A DNA stretch of 64,000 nucleotides from Acidobacteriota bacterium (GTDB lineage Bacteria > Acidobacteriota > Blastocatellia > Pyrinomonadales > Pyrinomonadaceae): assembly GCA_040007515.1 (NCBI GenBank), contig JBDTUT010000008.1, positions 43,644 to 107,643 of the forward strand, written 5' to 3'. A program made the translations under genes and the position numbers. Below the pieces are notes generated by a model that saw only the letters and a list, made by a program, of their open reading frames with translations, was not told where the DNA came from and made no database searches. Below are positions 17,883 through 28,012 of this stretch, piece by piece. Numbering within the stretch: position 1 is the first letter of the stretch; the number at the start of each line of letters is the position of its first letter.

Positions 17883-19034
17883 TTACGTTGTTTGCGGCTC
17901 GAATTTTAGTGATTCGTTGAGAGCGGCGATGGCGACCTCCAGTTGCTCCCCGTCAGGTTCCTGGGTCGTGATGTTCTGCAGCCAGAGGCCGGGCAGCGTC
18001 ATTAGTTTGAATACCGCGCCGGACTCCTTCTTCGCTGCGTAACGGATAACCTCATAAGACAGCCCGGCAACGAGCGGCATTAGGGCGATGCGGACCAAAA
18101 GATTCATCCAAAGCGCGTCAAACTTGATCACCGAAAACAGCACGATCGCGACCAGCATAACGACCATCAAAAAAGATGTTCCGCAACGCGGATGCTGACG
18201 CCGCTGAGGCTTGGCGTTTTCGACGTTAAGTTCCAGACCCTTTTCCCATGTGAATACGGTCTTATGCTCCGCACCGTGATACTCGAAAACACGGCGGATG
18301 TCCCGCAGATACGACATTGAAAAAATCATCACGACGAAAAAGAACATTCGCACGAGGCCGTCCGCCAAGTTGAAGGCGATCCATGAATGCGGCTTGATCT
18401 CCCAGATGTATGCCTTGCCCATCTCGAGCCAACCTACGGTAGCCGCGATTACGGGTGCTTCGGCCCAGCCCAGCGAGATGAACGCGATATTGGTCAGAAT
18501 CAGCGGTGCGACGATAAACAAAAGAACATTAAATAAGAGAGCAAATACGATCGAGCCCGCTGCCCCGATCGACGTGCCCGAATTCTTTTCGGCTCCAGCA
18601 TTTGCAGGCATAACGACCTTAACCGGGGCCTTAGTAAAATTTTGGTCCGTCGTGCCTTCGGCAAATACGGCTTCCGTGGCGGCCGCGGCTTCTGTCGTCA
18701 ATTCCTTCTGTGCTTCGAGATCGTCTTCGTGGACCTTCGCGGAGAAATTGAGCGCCTTAATGCCCAACGCCATCGACTGGATCAAGGTCGCGCCGCCCCG
18801 AAGAACGGGCAGGTTAAGCCATTTATATGTGTCGCTCCACTTCGGCAGAGCTTCCGAAGTGTGAACGATGCTGCCATCCGACTTGCGGCAGGCGATCGCG
18901 TAAGCGGACGGTGTGCGCATCATGACGCCTTCCATCACGGCCTGGCCGCCCACGATGAGGTCACGTTCCATTGCGAAAACGGTATGGATGAATCTGAGTT
19001 TGCGAGCCGACATTTTGTTTTTCATCACGTTCAA
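17883..19034 (-). CDS. DUF1385 domain-containing membrane protein
   Basis: GGQAVMEGVMMR and EYHGAEHK signatures. Position between rpmE and prfA is the usual one for this family. Confidence 0.8.
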   Translation of the reverse strand: MNVMKNKMSARKLRFIHTVFAMERDLIVGGQAVMEGVMMRTPSAYAIACRKSDGSIVHTSEALPKWSDTYKWLNLPVLRGGATLIQSMALGIKALNFSAKVHEDDLEAQKELTTEAAAATEAVFAEGTTDQNFTKAPVKVVMPANAGAEKNSGTSIGAAGSIVFALLFNVLLFIVAPLILTNIAFISLGWAEAPVIAATVGWLEMGKAYIWEIKPHSWIAFNLADGLVRMFFFVVMIFSMSYLRDIRRVFEYHGAEHKTVFTWEKGLELNVENAKPQRRQHPRCGTSFLMVVMLVAIVLFSVIKFDALWMNLLVRIALMPLVAGLSYEVIRYAAKKESGAVFKLMTLPGLWLQNITTQEPDGEQLEVAIAALNESLKFEPQTT

Positions 19035-19576
19035 TTGACGGCGGATGGCCCGCTTTCGTTGCTTTTTTGTTTATCGCGGCTTCCGGCGTCGAGTATAACG
19101 CTGAAATGTCCGTTACTCTCAAGACAGCTTTTCTTGACGGAGGAAATGTCTTCAATGCCTTGCTGGCGGAGTTGAGCTCTAAGCTCGTCCTCTGTGATCA
19201 TCTCTTTTGCAAGGTTCTTGTGCTGCATTTTTCCGTCTTTGATCAAAAGCAACGGCTCGGGTTCGAGTAAGCCCTGAATGAATTTAGACTTGAAACCCAA
19301 CAGGTCAAAAAGATAGTTCCAGAAAAAGATCGTCGCGATCAGAAGCAGCGCTTCTGTGATCGATTTGGAATCGCCTGCCATTCCGTTTTGGGCAGCGTCT
19401 GCGATCACGACGATCACGAGCAGATCGGCGATCCCTACGGCTCCCGCCTGACGCCTGAAGATTCGCAATAATGCGAACATCGCCACGTACAAGATCGAGC
19501 CGCGAATGAATATCTCTATAAGAGATTCCTGCGGCACGAACATCGAATGCCAATCGACTTTGAGGAGAGTTTCCAA
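19031..19576 (-). CDS. DUF421 (YetF-like) membrane protein
   Basis: Three TM helices, then LLLIKDGKMQHKNLAKEMITEDELRAQLRQQGIEDISSV typical of the YetF C-terminal domain. 4-nt ATGA overlap with the next gene. Confidence 0.7.
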   Translation of the reverse strand: METLLKVDWHSMFVPQESLIEIFIRGSILYVAMFALLRIFRRQAGAVGIADLLVIVVIADAAQNGMAGDSKSITEALLLIATIFFWNYLFDLLGFKSKFIQGLLEPEPLLLIKDGKMQHKNLAKEMITEDELRAQLRQQGIEDISSVKKSCLESNGHFSVILDAGSRDKQKSNESGPSAVN

Positions 19577-19704
19577 TTCGTTTATAAAGAACTAACGCCG
19601 ACGTTTTTTCACCTTTCGCGGGCATACTTGGTACACCTCTATCGAACGGCGCTAAAAGCGTCGGCGTCAAATTTTGCTAAGCTAGTGTTTGTAAAAAACG
19701 GTCA

Positions 19705-19932
19705 CTATTTCTCTGCCGCTGCCGGCGCAGCACCGCGTGCGTAACGCTTGTTAAAGCGGTCAACACGTCCGGCTGTATCCACCAGTTTCTGTTTGCCGGT
19801 GAAAAACGGATGACAGTCCGAGCAGATTTCGACGTGCAGATCTTCGCCAAGCGTCGAACGGGTCTTGAACGAATGTCCGCAAGCACAGACAACGTTAATT
19901 TCCTGATAGTTAGGATGTATCTCTTGTTTCAT
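19705..19932 (-). CDS. rpmE: 50S ribosomal protein L31
   Basis: MKQEIHPNY...CACGH...[28 protein letters not shown]. Start moved to the internal ATG at 19932. Confidence 0.9.
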   Translation of the reverse strand: MKQEIHPNYQEINVVCACGHSFKTRSTLGEDLHVEICSDCHPFFTGKQKLVDTAGRVDRFNKRYARGAAPAAAEK

Positions 19933-19997
19933 TGCTTTATGTACCCACCTTGCCTTATAAGACAAACTCTAATAGTACGCGATATCCGTACAAAAAA

Positions 19998-21179
19998 TCA
20001 AGCCAATAGGTCCTCCAGACGCTGATGGGTTATGCCGTACATATTCTTTACCGTAACGATCTCGTTGTCGAAAGGCCCGCGTTCACGGGGCTTTTCGGCT
20101 TTTATCGCCGCGATCATGTTATTTTTCGGCGTGTTTTCCGGGTCGATGAATTCGAAGACTTTAGTGTTATACCCGCTTCGCTCAAGCAAAAGCGAACGCA
20201 GCCCGTCGGTCACAGTTTCGGCAGTCCTCTCGAGCAGAATGCCGTGTTTGAGGAAGTTGTGCATTCCGGCGGGCGGCTTCATTTGGCGCCGAACTTCTTT
20301 GTGGCAGCACGGAGCGGCGACTATTATCTCTGCTCCCGCCCGGATTCCACTGAATAAAGCATCGTCAGTAGCTGTGTCGCAGGCGTGAAGTGCGATCAAT
20401 AGATCGACTCCGTCCGGGGCATGATCCGCGATCGTGCCGTTAACGAATTTCAGGTTGTCAAAACTACAAGCAGCCGCAATGTCAGTGCAAAGCGCAACGG
20501 TTTCGCTCTTTGTGTCGATGCCGGTCATCTCCACCTCCAGTCCGCGTGTGTTCGTGAAATAATCGTAAGCGGCAAAGGTCAGGTAACCTTTTCCCGAGCC
20601 CATATCGACGACTTTGAGCGACTTCCGGTCCTTCAGCGCAGATCCCTCGATCAGGTGCCCGAGTGTTTCTACGAATTTATTGATCTGTCGCCATTTGTCC
20701 TGCTGCGACGATCTTATATCGCCGCCGTCGGTCGTTATTCCTAGTGCCTTCAGATAGTAAGCCCCGGGGTCGATGAGACGCTCCTTCTTTCGGTCGTGGG
20801 CGACCGACCCCGGGTGAGTGAATGTCGGTTTGCATACACGAAGCCTCGACGACCTTTTGCCGATATCGAGCTGAAAGTCGTTTTCGGTAGTAAACAGGTG
20901 TGCGCTCCGAAACCCTGATGTTACGAATGTCCGCACAGTTTCAGAGCTTTCGGCGGCGTTCTGGTTCTTTACGATCTCGCGGGTGTCATAGCGGTACTGA
21001 AATGCGATTAGTTTTCCACGCCCGGCCGCAACCGGCCGCACCACGATCTTTTGCGGATGTTCGACACTGCCTTTATAATTGCCTAAAGTCATTTTTACAA
21101 ACGTATCGGCAACAAGGCTTTGAGCAAAGGCTGCGATTAATTTCTCGGTTTCGTCCGCCATTGATTTAAAGGTTAGCAT
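19998..21179 (-). CDS. class I SAM-dependent methyltransferase (Methyltransf_32-like)
   Basis: SAM-binding motif VVDMGSGKGYLTF. Acidic loop GIDTK. 393 aa. The start may be the ATG at 21161. Confidence 0.65.
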   Translation of the reverse strand: MLTFKSMADETEKLIAAFAQSLVADTFVKMTLGNYKGSVEHPQKIVVRPVAAGRGKLIAFQYRYDTREIVKNQNAAESSETVRTFVTSGFRSAHLFTTENDFQLDIGKRSSRLRVCKPTFTHPGSVAHDRKKERLIDPGAYYLKALGITTDGGDIRSSQQDKWRQINKFVETLGHLIEGSALKDRKSLKVVDMGSGKGYLTFAAYDYFTNTRGLEVEMTGIDTKSETVALCTDIAAACSFDNLKFVNGTIADHAPDGVDLLIALHACDTATDDALFSGIRAGAEIIVAAPCCHKEVRRQMKPPAGMHNFLKHGILLERTAETVTDGLRSLLLERSGYNTKVFEFIDPENTPKNNMIAAIKAEKPRERGPFDNEIVTVKNMYGITHQRLEDLLA

Positions 21180-21181
21180 AG

Positions 21182-21658
21182 ATGGAAAATGATCAGATCA
21201 TGAAGGAACACTTTCTGGAGGGCATTGCATACCTTCTTCTCGAGACCTTCGAAGGTTCGCCGGAGGGAAAGGCAAGTGCCTATTTGGATCGGGGCGTCGG
21301 AATCTTCAGCACGCTCGAACGGGTTGCCGCGGATGAGGCGTCGGCTGATTTTTACGGGACGACCATTGCGGCGCAAACCGAGCACGCCAAGTTCTACCTC
21401 GACCGCATTTGCGAATTCATCAACGGACGCACGGAACGCGTCAACTGGGACGCCAGTTGGTTGATAGAGACAGTTGATCCGGCCGAATGGGACGCTTTGC
21501 GGGACAGCGTTAGAAAGTCGTACGAGAATACGCTGCGGTCGATCGCGTCGGTCGAATCCTGGGGCGACACGAACCTGGGAATGGCCATTGGAATGGTTGC
21601 CCACACGGCCTATCATCTGGGAGCGATACGGCAGATCGCCAAAGCTGCAAAAAAGTAG
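21182..21658 (+). CDS. DinB-family protein
   Basis: 158 aa helical protein with the DinB-type His pattern (..AQTEHAKFY.. / ..AHTAYHLGAIRQI). Confidence 0.65.
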   Translation: MENDQIMKEHFLEGIAYLLLETFEGSPEGKASAYLDRGVGIFSTLERVAADEASADFYGTTIAAQTEHAKFYLDRICEFINGRTERVNWDASWLIETVDPAEWDALRDSVRKSYENTLRSIASVESWGDTNLGMAIGMVAHTAYHLGAIRQIAKAAKK

Positions 21659-21693
21659 GCTGCCGCGATCCGGGAAACTGTGCCTGAAATTTT

Positions 21694-22125
21694 ATGACCA
21701 ATCTATTCCATCTCGCGTTTCCGGTTAAAGATTTGGACACTACGAGAGAATTTTACGCCGGTGTTCTGGGCTGCCCCGAGGGCCGAAGTTCGCAACGATG
21801 GATCGATTTCGATCTGTACGGGCATCAGATCGTCGCTCACCTTGCACCTGAGTCGACAGGGATCCGTTCAACGTCCGACGTCGATGCCGACCATGTCCCG
21901 GTTCCGCATTTCGGCATCGTTCTGCGGATGGACGATTGGAACGAATTAGCTGAGAAACTTGTGGCGAAGCGCGTTGAGTTCGTGATCGAACCCAAAGTCA
22001 GGTTTGCCGGCGAGGTTGGCGAACAGGCGACGATGTTTTTACTTGATCCGAGCGGGAACGCATTGGAATTTAAAGGATTCAATGATTTCTCGCAGGTCTT
22101 TGCGAAGCAGACGGATCTGACGTGA
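21694..22125 (+). CDS. VOC (glyoxalase/bleomycin-resistance/dioxygenase) family protein
   Basis: [24 protein letters not shown]-terminal beta-alpha-beta module. H and E metal ligand positions. 143 aa. Confidence 0.75.
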   Translation: MTNLFHLAFPVKDLDTTREFYAGVLGCPEGRSSQRWIDFDLYGHQIVAHLAPESTGIRSTSDVDADHVPVPHFGIVLRMDDWNELAEKLVAKRVEFVIEPKVRFAGEVGEQATMFLLDPSGNALEFKGFNDFSQVFAKQTDLT

Positions 22126-22152
22126 TCGGCGTCGGAATCTTTTATCCCTAAA

Positions 22153-23337
22153 ATGCGAAAAGCTGAGATCGTCATAATTGGCGGCGGCGTTGTTGGCGCC
22201 AGCGTTGCCTATCACCTGGCGGAGCGGGGCGTTTCGGACGTGTTGATCCTCGAATGCGAATCCAAGCAGGGCCTCGGTTCGACCGGAAAGGCGACAGGCG
22301 GCATTCGGGCCCAGTTCGAGACAGACATCAATATTCAACTGTCGCTGTATTCGCGATCGTTTTTTGAGAGCTGTGATTTTGAATGTGGTTATGAGCCCGC
22401 CGGGTATCTATTCTTTGCTACATGCGACCGGCAGTTCGAGTGCCTTTCCCGCAACGTCGCCAACCAGTTGCGGCTAGGTGTGAGCGACGTTTCTGTCATT
22501 GACCGAGCTGAGGTCTGCAAACTCGTTCCGGGCATTCAGTCCGCCGATATCGTCGGCGGCACTTTCGGCAGTCGTGACGGTTTTATCGATCCGATCGCGG
22601 TCATGAATGGCTTTACCAGCCGCGCCGCGGCCCGAGGTGTCAGGATCGAATTCGACTCGCCCGTGATCTCGATATGCGAAAACGCAGGCCGTGTCACATC
22701 CGTTACGACACCCGATGAAAGTATCGAGTGCGATGCTGCGGTCATCTGCAGCGGCCCACGGGCCAGCGACGTAGCAGGTACGATAGGAATCGACCTCCCT
22801 GTCCGACCCGTAAAGCGTCAGATAGTTTGGGCTGAGACAATCGATGACCTTCCCAACGGGCTCCCAATGGTCATCGACGCCGGTACCGGCTTCCATTTCC
22901 GGCCGGCACGCAATTTCAGCTCCGATGCGGCTTTGCGACCGGTTCGCCGGGGCCGACAGGTACTTCTCGCGTGCCCGGGACTCGAAGAGGTTTCGTCGCT
23001 AAATACTGTCTGCGGCGACGAGTTTATCCGTTCTACGTGCGAAAGAGCATATACACGTGCCTCGTTTTTAAGAGATCTTGCTGTGGTCGAGGAACGATGC
23101 CGCGCCGGTTTTTACGAGAACACTCCAGATCATCACGCGATCATCGGCGGCTGCGAGGTCGAGGGTTTGTTTCTGGCTAACGGATTCTCCGGACACGGGG
23201 TCATGCACTCCCCCGCGACAGGTCGGGCACTGGCCGAAATTATCGTCGACGGAGGTTCCAGGTTTCTGGATGTGTCCTGTCTGCACATCGATCGTTTCGC
23301 CCGCGGTGAACTCCTGCAGGAAACGACGTTGATTTAA
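22153..23337 (+). CDS. FAD-dependent oxidoreductase (DAO family, sarcosine/glycine-oxidase-like)
   Basis: VIIGGGVVGASVAYHLAERG dinucleotide motif. C-terminal GFSGHGVMHSPATG. Confidence 0.8.
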   Translation: MRKAEIVIIGGGVVGASVAYHLAERGVSDVLILECESKQGLGSTGKATGGIRAQFETDINIQLSLYSRSFFESCDFECGYEPAGYLFFATCDRQFECLSRNVANQLRLGVSDVSVIDRAEVCKLVPGIQSADIVGGTFGSRDGFIDPIAVMNGFTSRAAARGVRIEFDSPVISICENAGRVTSVTTPDESIECDAAVICSGPRASDVAGTIGIDLPVRPVKRQIVWAETIDDLPNGLPMVIDAGTGFHFRPARNFSSDAALRPVRRGRQVLLACPGLEEVSSLNTVCGDEFIRSTCERAYTRASFLRDLAVVEERCRAGFYENTPDHHAIIGGCEVEGLFLANGFSGHGVMHSPATGRALAEIIVDGGSRFLDVSCLHIDRFARGELLQETTLI

Positions 23338-23369
23338 GGCCAGAAGCGTTGCTCTACAATATCCGAAAC

Positions 23370-24314
23370 ATGAAAACCGCAATTGTTCACCATCCGATCT
23401 ACGCAAAACATGACACCGGCCCAGGGCATCCGGAAACGCCGCGTCGGTACCAAACCGTGATCAACGCACTCCGCAGCGACGACGAGCTGTGGGCCTCATT
23501 GACAGAGATAATTCCAGACCGAGCGCAGCAGGGATTGATACAGGCCGTTCACACCAAGGAGCATTTTCGACGAGTGGAAAATGCGTTCGCCGATGGGCTC
23601 GACAGGCTCGATGCTGACACCGTCATTTCGATGCAGTCGTTCGACGCCGCGATGTTTGGCGCCGGCGGTGCATGCCGCGCGGTCGACGCCGTCATGTCGG
23701 GCCAAGCGGAAAATGCCTTCGTCGCCGTTCGACCGCCGGGACACCACGCAACGGCAGAGCACGCAATGGGTTTTTGTTTGTTCAATAATGTCGCTGTTGC
23801 GGCAAGTTATGCGCAAAATAAATATAACGAGATCGAAACGGTCGCGATCGTCGACTGGGACGTTCACCATGGTAACGGGACGCAGGGTATCTTTTACAAT
23901 GACCCGAGCGTTTTCTTTTTTTCGATGCATCAGTATCCGTGGTATCCCGGAACCGGTTCGGGCGGTGAAACTGGCCACGGCCGTGGCCTCGGGACCACGT
24001 TGAACGTCCCGGTGAAAGCAAATACAGCGGCGGCGTCACAGGTATCGGCGTTCGACGCTGCCATCAACGACATCGCGTCGAAAATGAAACCCGATATTAT
24101 CTTCATTTCCGCCGGATTCGACGCACACCTGACCGACCCGCTCGGACAACTTCGTCTCGAGGATCGCGACTTTGTTGCGATGACGCGGACCGTGAAACAA
24201 TGGGCTAACCACACCTGCGGCGGACGCATAATTTCCTGCCTCGAGGGCGGCTACAATCTCGATACGATAGGCTCGACGGTGAAATCGCATGTGAGCGAAC
24301 TCGGCCGCTCATGA
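23370..24314 (+). CDS. histone deacetylase-family (acetoin-utilisation/HDAC class II-like) deacylase
   Basis: RPPGHHA, DWDVHHGNGTQ, FISAGFDAH and LEGGY signatures. ATG at 23370 preferred over the TTG at 23349. Confidence 0.85.
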   Translation: MKTAIVHHPIYAKHDTGPGHPETPRRYQTVINALRSDDELWASLTEIIPDRAQQGLIQAVHTKEHFRRVENAFADGLDRLDADTVISMQSFDAAMFGAGGACRAVDAVMSGQAENAFVAVRPPGHHATAEHAMGFCLFNNVAVAASYAQNKYNEIETVAIVDWDVHHGNGTQGIFYNDPSVFFFSMHQYPWYPGTGSGGETGHGRGLGTTLNVPVKANTAAASQVSAFDAAINDIASKMKPDIIFISAGFDAHLTDPLGQLRLEDRDFVAMTRTVKQWANHTCGGRIISCLEGGYNLDTIGSTVKSHVSELGRS

Positions 24315-24389
24315 AGGTTGCGATTTTTTTTGACGTTTGTGTTAGAATCATCGCCGACACCCCTAGAAACAGCCACAGGAGGAAGTGCG

Positions 24390-24671
24390 ATGCCGGATGT
24401 TGAAACTTCGTGTGTTCAATGTAAGGAAACGTTTCTGTTCACAGAAAAGGAACAGGAGGTCTTTTATCAGCGCAACATGATGCCGCCGCAGCGTTGTGCA
24501 AAGTGCCGCTCGAAAAAGGCTGCTGCACGCGATGATGCTCCGACGCGTTTCGAGATCGTCTGCGACAACTGCGGCAAGCGCGATCAGGTGCCGTTCCAGC
24601 CAAAGGTCGGTCGGACCGTACTGTGCCGCGATTGCCACGAAGCCAGTCGCTCACGCGCAAGATTTGCCTAA
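24390..24671 (+). CDS. small double zinc-ribbon protein
   Basis: CVQCK..(25)..CAKCR and CDNCG..(17)..CRDCH. AGGAGG RBS 8 nt upstream of the ATG at 24390. Confidence 0.6.
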   Translation: MPDVETSCVQCKETFLFTEKEQEVFYQRNMMPPQRCAKCRSKKAAARDDAPTRFEIVCDNCGKRDQVPFQPKVGRTVLCRDCHEASRSRARFA

Positions 24672-24676
24672 CACAA

Positions 24677-24708
24677 ACGCCGCCCCGATGAGGCGGCGTT
24701 TCTTATTT
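24677..24708 (+). terminator. rho-independent terminator
   Basis: ACGCCGCC-ccgatga-GGCGGCGT followed by TTCTTATTT. Confidence 0.6.
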
Positions 24709-25500
24709 ATGTTTGAAACAGTCGTTTACAAATTTGAAAGCGGCGTGTCGACGATCCAGATGAATCGTCCCGACGCCCTAAACGCTCTGTCGCTGCAGTT
24801 GAGTATCGATCTCGCCGCGGCGATCGATAAAGCGATCGCCGACAACGCCCGGGCGATCGTGCTGACGGGCTCGGGGCGTGCATTTTGTTCCGGCGGCGAT
24901 CTTCGCGAAATGCAGGAGATGGGGAAGAGCGAAGGGAACATCGAAGCGTTCCTCGACGCACCGTTGAAAGCGCTTCACAAAGTGATCAGCCTTATCCGCG
25001 AAACGCCGATCCCGTTCGTCGCGGCGGTAAACGGCGTATGCGCCGGCGCCGGGACGAACTTCGCGCTCGCATGCGATATTGTGATCGCAGCGGAGAATGC
25101 TTCATTCAATGAGGCGTTCGTCAGAATAGGACTATCGCCCGACTGCGGTGGGACGTTCTTTCTAATTCGCGCCGTCGGCGAGAAACGCGCCGCCGAAATG
25201 ATGATGACCGGAATGACCGTTTCGGCCCAGCAAGCCGAGAAATGGGGAATGGTCAATCGAATTGTTACAGCCGAACACCTGATGGCTGAGGCACAAAAGC
25301 TCGCTTCGCAACTTGCAGGCGGCCCGACCGGAGCGATCGGACGGATCAAGCGAATGCTCAACACGAGTTTCTCAAATAGCCTCCAAGACCAGTTAATGCT
25401 AGAGGCCGAGTGTCAGCTTGAATCCGGGAGGTCTGACGACTTCAAGGAAGGCGTGACAGCATTCTTCGAAAAGCGTCCTCCCGTCTTCTCCGGTAAATAA
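24709..25500 (+). CDS. enoyl-CoA hydratase/isomerase family protein
   Basis: MNRPDALNAL, GSGRAFCSGGDL and the oxyanion-hole region. Start set to ATG 24709 (MFETVVYKF) downstream of the terminator. Confidence 0.85.
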   Translation: MFETVVYKFESGVSTIQMNRPDALNALSLQLSIDLAAAIDKAIADNARAIVLTGSGRAFCSGGDLREMQEMGKSEGNIEAFLDAPLKALHKVISLIRETPIPFVAAVNGVCAGAGTNFALACDIVIAAENASFNEAFVRIGLSPDCGGTFFLIRAVGEKRAAEMMMTGMTVSAQQAEKWGMVNRIVTAEHLMAEAQKLASQLAGGPTGAIGRIKRMLNTSFSNSLQDQLMLEAECQLESGRSDDFKEGVTAFFEKRPPVFSGK

Positions 25501-25501
25501 T

Positions 25502-27850
25502 CTACCAAAACCTCGCTACCAGCCCCACTCGAACCGCGGTCGGTGAACCAAACGAAATGTTTGTGTTGCTGTCGGCGTTCGCGAAGTATCGGCGACCGAA
25601 CACGTTCTCAATGTTTGCCTGCACACGCCAATTTTCGTTGAATGTGTAATAGACTGCCGCATCCGCCCGTGTATAGCCCGGCAAGACGACCGAGTTGTCG
25701 ATAGCTGCAAACATATCCGAACGATTAATGACGCCCAGTCCCACGCTCAACTTCGACATCAGTTGGTATTTGTTCCAGAGAGTAAAGCTGTGATGTGGAA
25801 CTTGTGCGACCTGCTTGCCCGCTATCGCGGCAGCCGTCGCACTTGAGATAAAAGCGTCCTGGAATGCATATCCGCCGACCACGTTCCATTTGTCCGTCAT
25901 GCTGCCGTTTATGCCAACCTCGAACCCGTTCGTACGCTGGCGGCCTGTTTGGATTATCCGCGTCGGGTCGTTCGGATCGGTTGCACGCGTGTTCGTTCTG
26001 TTCAATCTATAAAGTGCGGACGTCAAAGCGACATTGTGGCGGATGTTCCATTTTACTCCCACCTCATAGTTTTCAAATTTTTCCGGCTCCGCCTGCTGTG
26101 TGACGTTGGTCAACGACGAGAACTGATCCCCCGAACTTGGCAGATAAGACACGCTGTAACTGCCATAGAGTGAAAGTTGTTCGACCGGTTTTATGACCAA
26201 TCCGAGCCGAGGCGAAACTAAGCTGTCGATTCTGTTCAATTCCTGCGTTGTCCGGTTGTTGTGATAATTCAGGTCAAAGTAGTCTAGGCGAACCCCTGCG
26301 ACTACCTGCACAAAGCGCGTGATCTCGATCTGGTCCTGTAAATAGCCCGCCGCCAGATTCAGACGTAGATTATTATCGGCATCCGCTGCGCTTTGCCGAA
26401 AGGTCGTCGGCACGTTAGTGGTCGGATCATCCAATGCCACCTGGATCGAAGCCGTCGCGTTGTTGAAGTAACCGGTGTTGCGAAAATTCCGCGTTCGCTG
26501 ATTACCAAACTCAAAGCCGCCGAGCAGCGTGTGTTTAAGTATTCCTGTTTGAACCGACATGGTTAAGTCGGTTTGATTGAAGAAATTTTTTCGACGCGTC
26601 ACGTTGTTATATGCCGAAAGGGTCACGAGATTACCGCCGGCATTAACGGCGCCCGGCACGTAATTCTGATAGAAACGATCGTAGTCACCGAACTGCGTGC
26701 GGTTGCGCACGTTCAGTCTTCCTAATTGCCGCTCAAACGTTCCCGCCACGATGTTAACGTCGGCTTTTACGTGGCTGTCATCGGGGTTGCCGAAAAAGGT
26801 TGAGCGGGCGACGTCAACCGGCCTTCCGGCGACAGAAGTAATTCCACGGTCCGCCGTCCGCCGGTCGCGAAAGTATTCGTAACCGAGCGTGAGACGCGTC
26901 CTGGAGTCGGGGGCAAACGTGACCGTCGGTGCGATCCCGAACCGCTGCAGGCCGACGAACTTTCTGAAGCTATCCGAATCCTCAAATACGCCGTTCGCGC
27001 GAAAGGCAAACTTATCGCTCAACGGACGTCCGAAATCTCCGGTTACGCGTTTGTTCCCGAACATTCCTCCTTGAAAAGTGAGATCCGCAATCGATGCGAA
27101 CTCGGCCTGCTTCGTGACGCGGTTGACGACACCACCGCCGCCGCCTCGTCCGAAAACCATTGCATTCGGACCTTTCAGGGCTTCAACGCGATCAAGGTTG
27201 TAAAGGTCACGGTAATACTGGACGTCGTCGCGGACGCCGTTGATGTAGAAATCGGCACTGCTGCTCTGTCCGCGAATTATCAACTGGTCGCGGTTGTTTT
27301 CGCCCTGATGAGCAGTGATGCCGGGCAGATAGCGAACAACGTCGCCGATTCCCGACAGGCCCTGATCTTGGATCTGCTGCTTCGAGATGACCGAGATCGA
27401 CTGCGGAATATTGATCAGCGGTGTATCGGTCTTTGTCGCGCTCGTTATCAACTCCGTGCCGTATTCGCCGGTGCCTGTGACAGTTACCACCGCGTCGAAG
27501 GTGCCGATGTCCAGCGAGATCTCGAGCGGAGCTTCGCCCGTCTGCCTTACGTTCAACTCCTGCGATTCGCGAGCGAAGCCCTCAGCAGAAACCGTTAGGG
27601 AATATTCATTTTCGGGAACCTCAAGAAAGAATTCACCTTTCGCGTCGGTGACGGTGGTGAATGACGATTGTGTACCAGCGGCATTAAGCGAGACCTTCGC
27701 CCCGGACACAATGGCGTTGTTCGCATCAACGATACGCCCTTGAACACGATAGAGCGGCAAACCGGTCTGAGCGTTCGCGGCCGGCGAAAATGCCGGAAAG
27801 ATAAACAATAAAAACGATAGAAAATAAAGGAATGCTTTTGACAGCGTCAC
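25502..27850 (-). CDS. TonB-dependent siderophore receptor with N-terminal CarboxypepD_reg domain
   Basis: Signal peptide. Plug segment (IPQSISVISKQQIQDQG...LPGIT). FGRGGGGGVVN. C-terminal ...VRVGLVARFW. Confidence 0.85.
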   Translation of the reverse strand: MTLSKAFLYFLSFLLFIFPAFSPAANAQTGLPLYRVQGRIVDANNAIVSGAKVSLNAAGTQSSFTTVTDAKGEFFLEVPENEYSLTVSAEGFARESQELNVRQTGEAPLEISLDIGTFDAVVTVTGTGEYGTELITSATKTDTPLINIPQSISVISKQQIQDQGLSGIGDVVRYLPGITAHQGENNRDQLIIRGQSSSADFYINGVRDDVQYYRDLYNLDRVEALKGPNAMVFGRGGGGGVVNRVTKQAEFASIADLTFQGGMFGNKRVTGDFGRPLSDKFAFRANGVFEDSDSFRKFVGLQRFGIAPTVTFAPDSRTRLTLGYEYFRDRRTADRGITSVAGRPVDVARSTFFGNPDDSHVKADVNIVAGTFERQLGRLNVRNRTQFGDYDRFYQNYVPGAVNAGGNLVTLSAYNNVTRRKNFFNQTDLTMSVQTGILKHTLLGGFEFGNQRTRNFRNTGYFNNATASIQVALDDPTTNVPTTFRQSAADADNNLRLNLAAGYLQDQIEITRFVQVVAGVRLDYFDLNYHNNRTTQELNRIDSLVSPRLGLVIKPVEQLSLYGSYSVSYLPSSGDQFSSLTNVTQQAEPEKFENYEVGVKWNIRHNVALTSALYRLNRTNTRATDPNDPTRIIQTGRQRTNGFEVGINGSMTDKWNVVGGYAFQDAFISSATAAAIAGKQVAQVPHHSFTLWNKYQLMSKLSVGLGVINRSDMFAAIDNSVVLPGYTRADAAVYYTFNENWRVQANIENVFGRRYFANADSNTNISFGSPTAVRVGLVARFW

Positions 27851-28012
27851 GAGTTGTCTCCTAAACGGTATTGAGATATTCTAATAATGCAATTGAAAGT
27901 CGTTTTCAATAAGAAAAACGAGTATAAAACTGGAGGTGGTGCATGTCAAACTAAAGTTTCTAATTCTCAGATCCGCTGCTATTCCCAGCTCAAACCTATT
28001 TAGTCTTATAGT

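Noticed and set aside
19595-19667. 9-nt inverted repeat ACGCCGACG / CGTCGGCGT with a 55-nt loop between rpmE and the DUF421 gene.
   Set aside because: Short stem and large loop. There is no adjacent T-run on the transcribed (minus) strand and no second copy in the window. It is not distinguishable from chance or a weak local structure.
24496-24708. Upstream extension of the enoyl-CoA hydratase ORF overlapping the zinc-ribbon gene.
   Set aside because: It runs through the zinc-ribbon gene in another frame and across a terminator hairpin. The family N-terminus begins at MFETVVYKF (24709).
27870-27930. Fur-box-like AT-rich dyad (TATTGAGATATTCTAATAATGCAATTGAAAGTCGTTTTCAATA) in the divergent siderophore-receptor / PepSY promoter. 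A similar GAGAATCAATCATTTAC lies at about 50477-50495 upstream of tonB.
   Set aside because: The context is plausible, but the match to the 19-bp GATAATGATAATCATTATC consensus is poor when aligned position by position. It is too weak to call without a genome-specific Fur motif.
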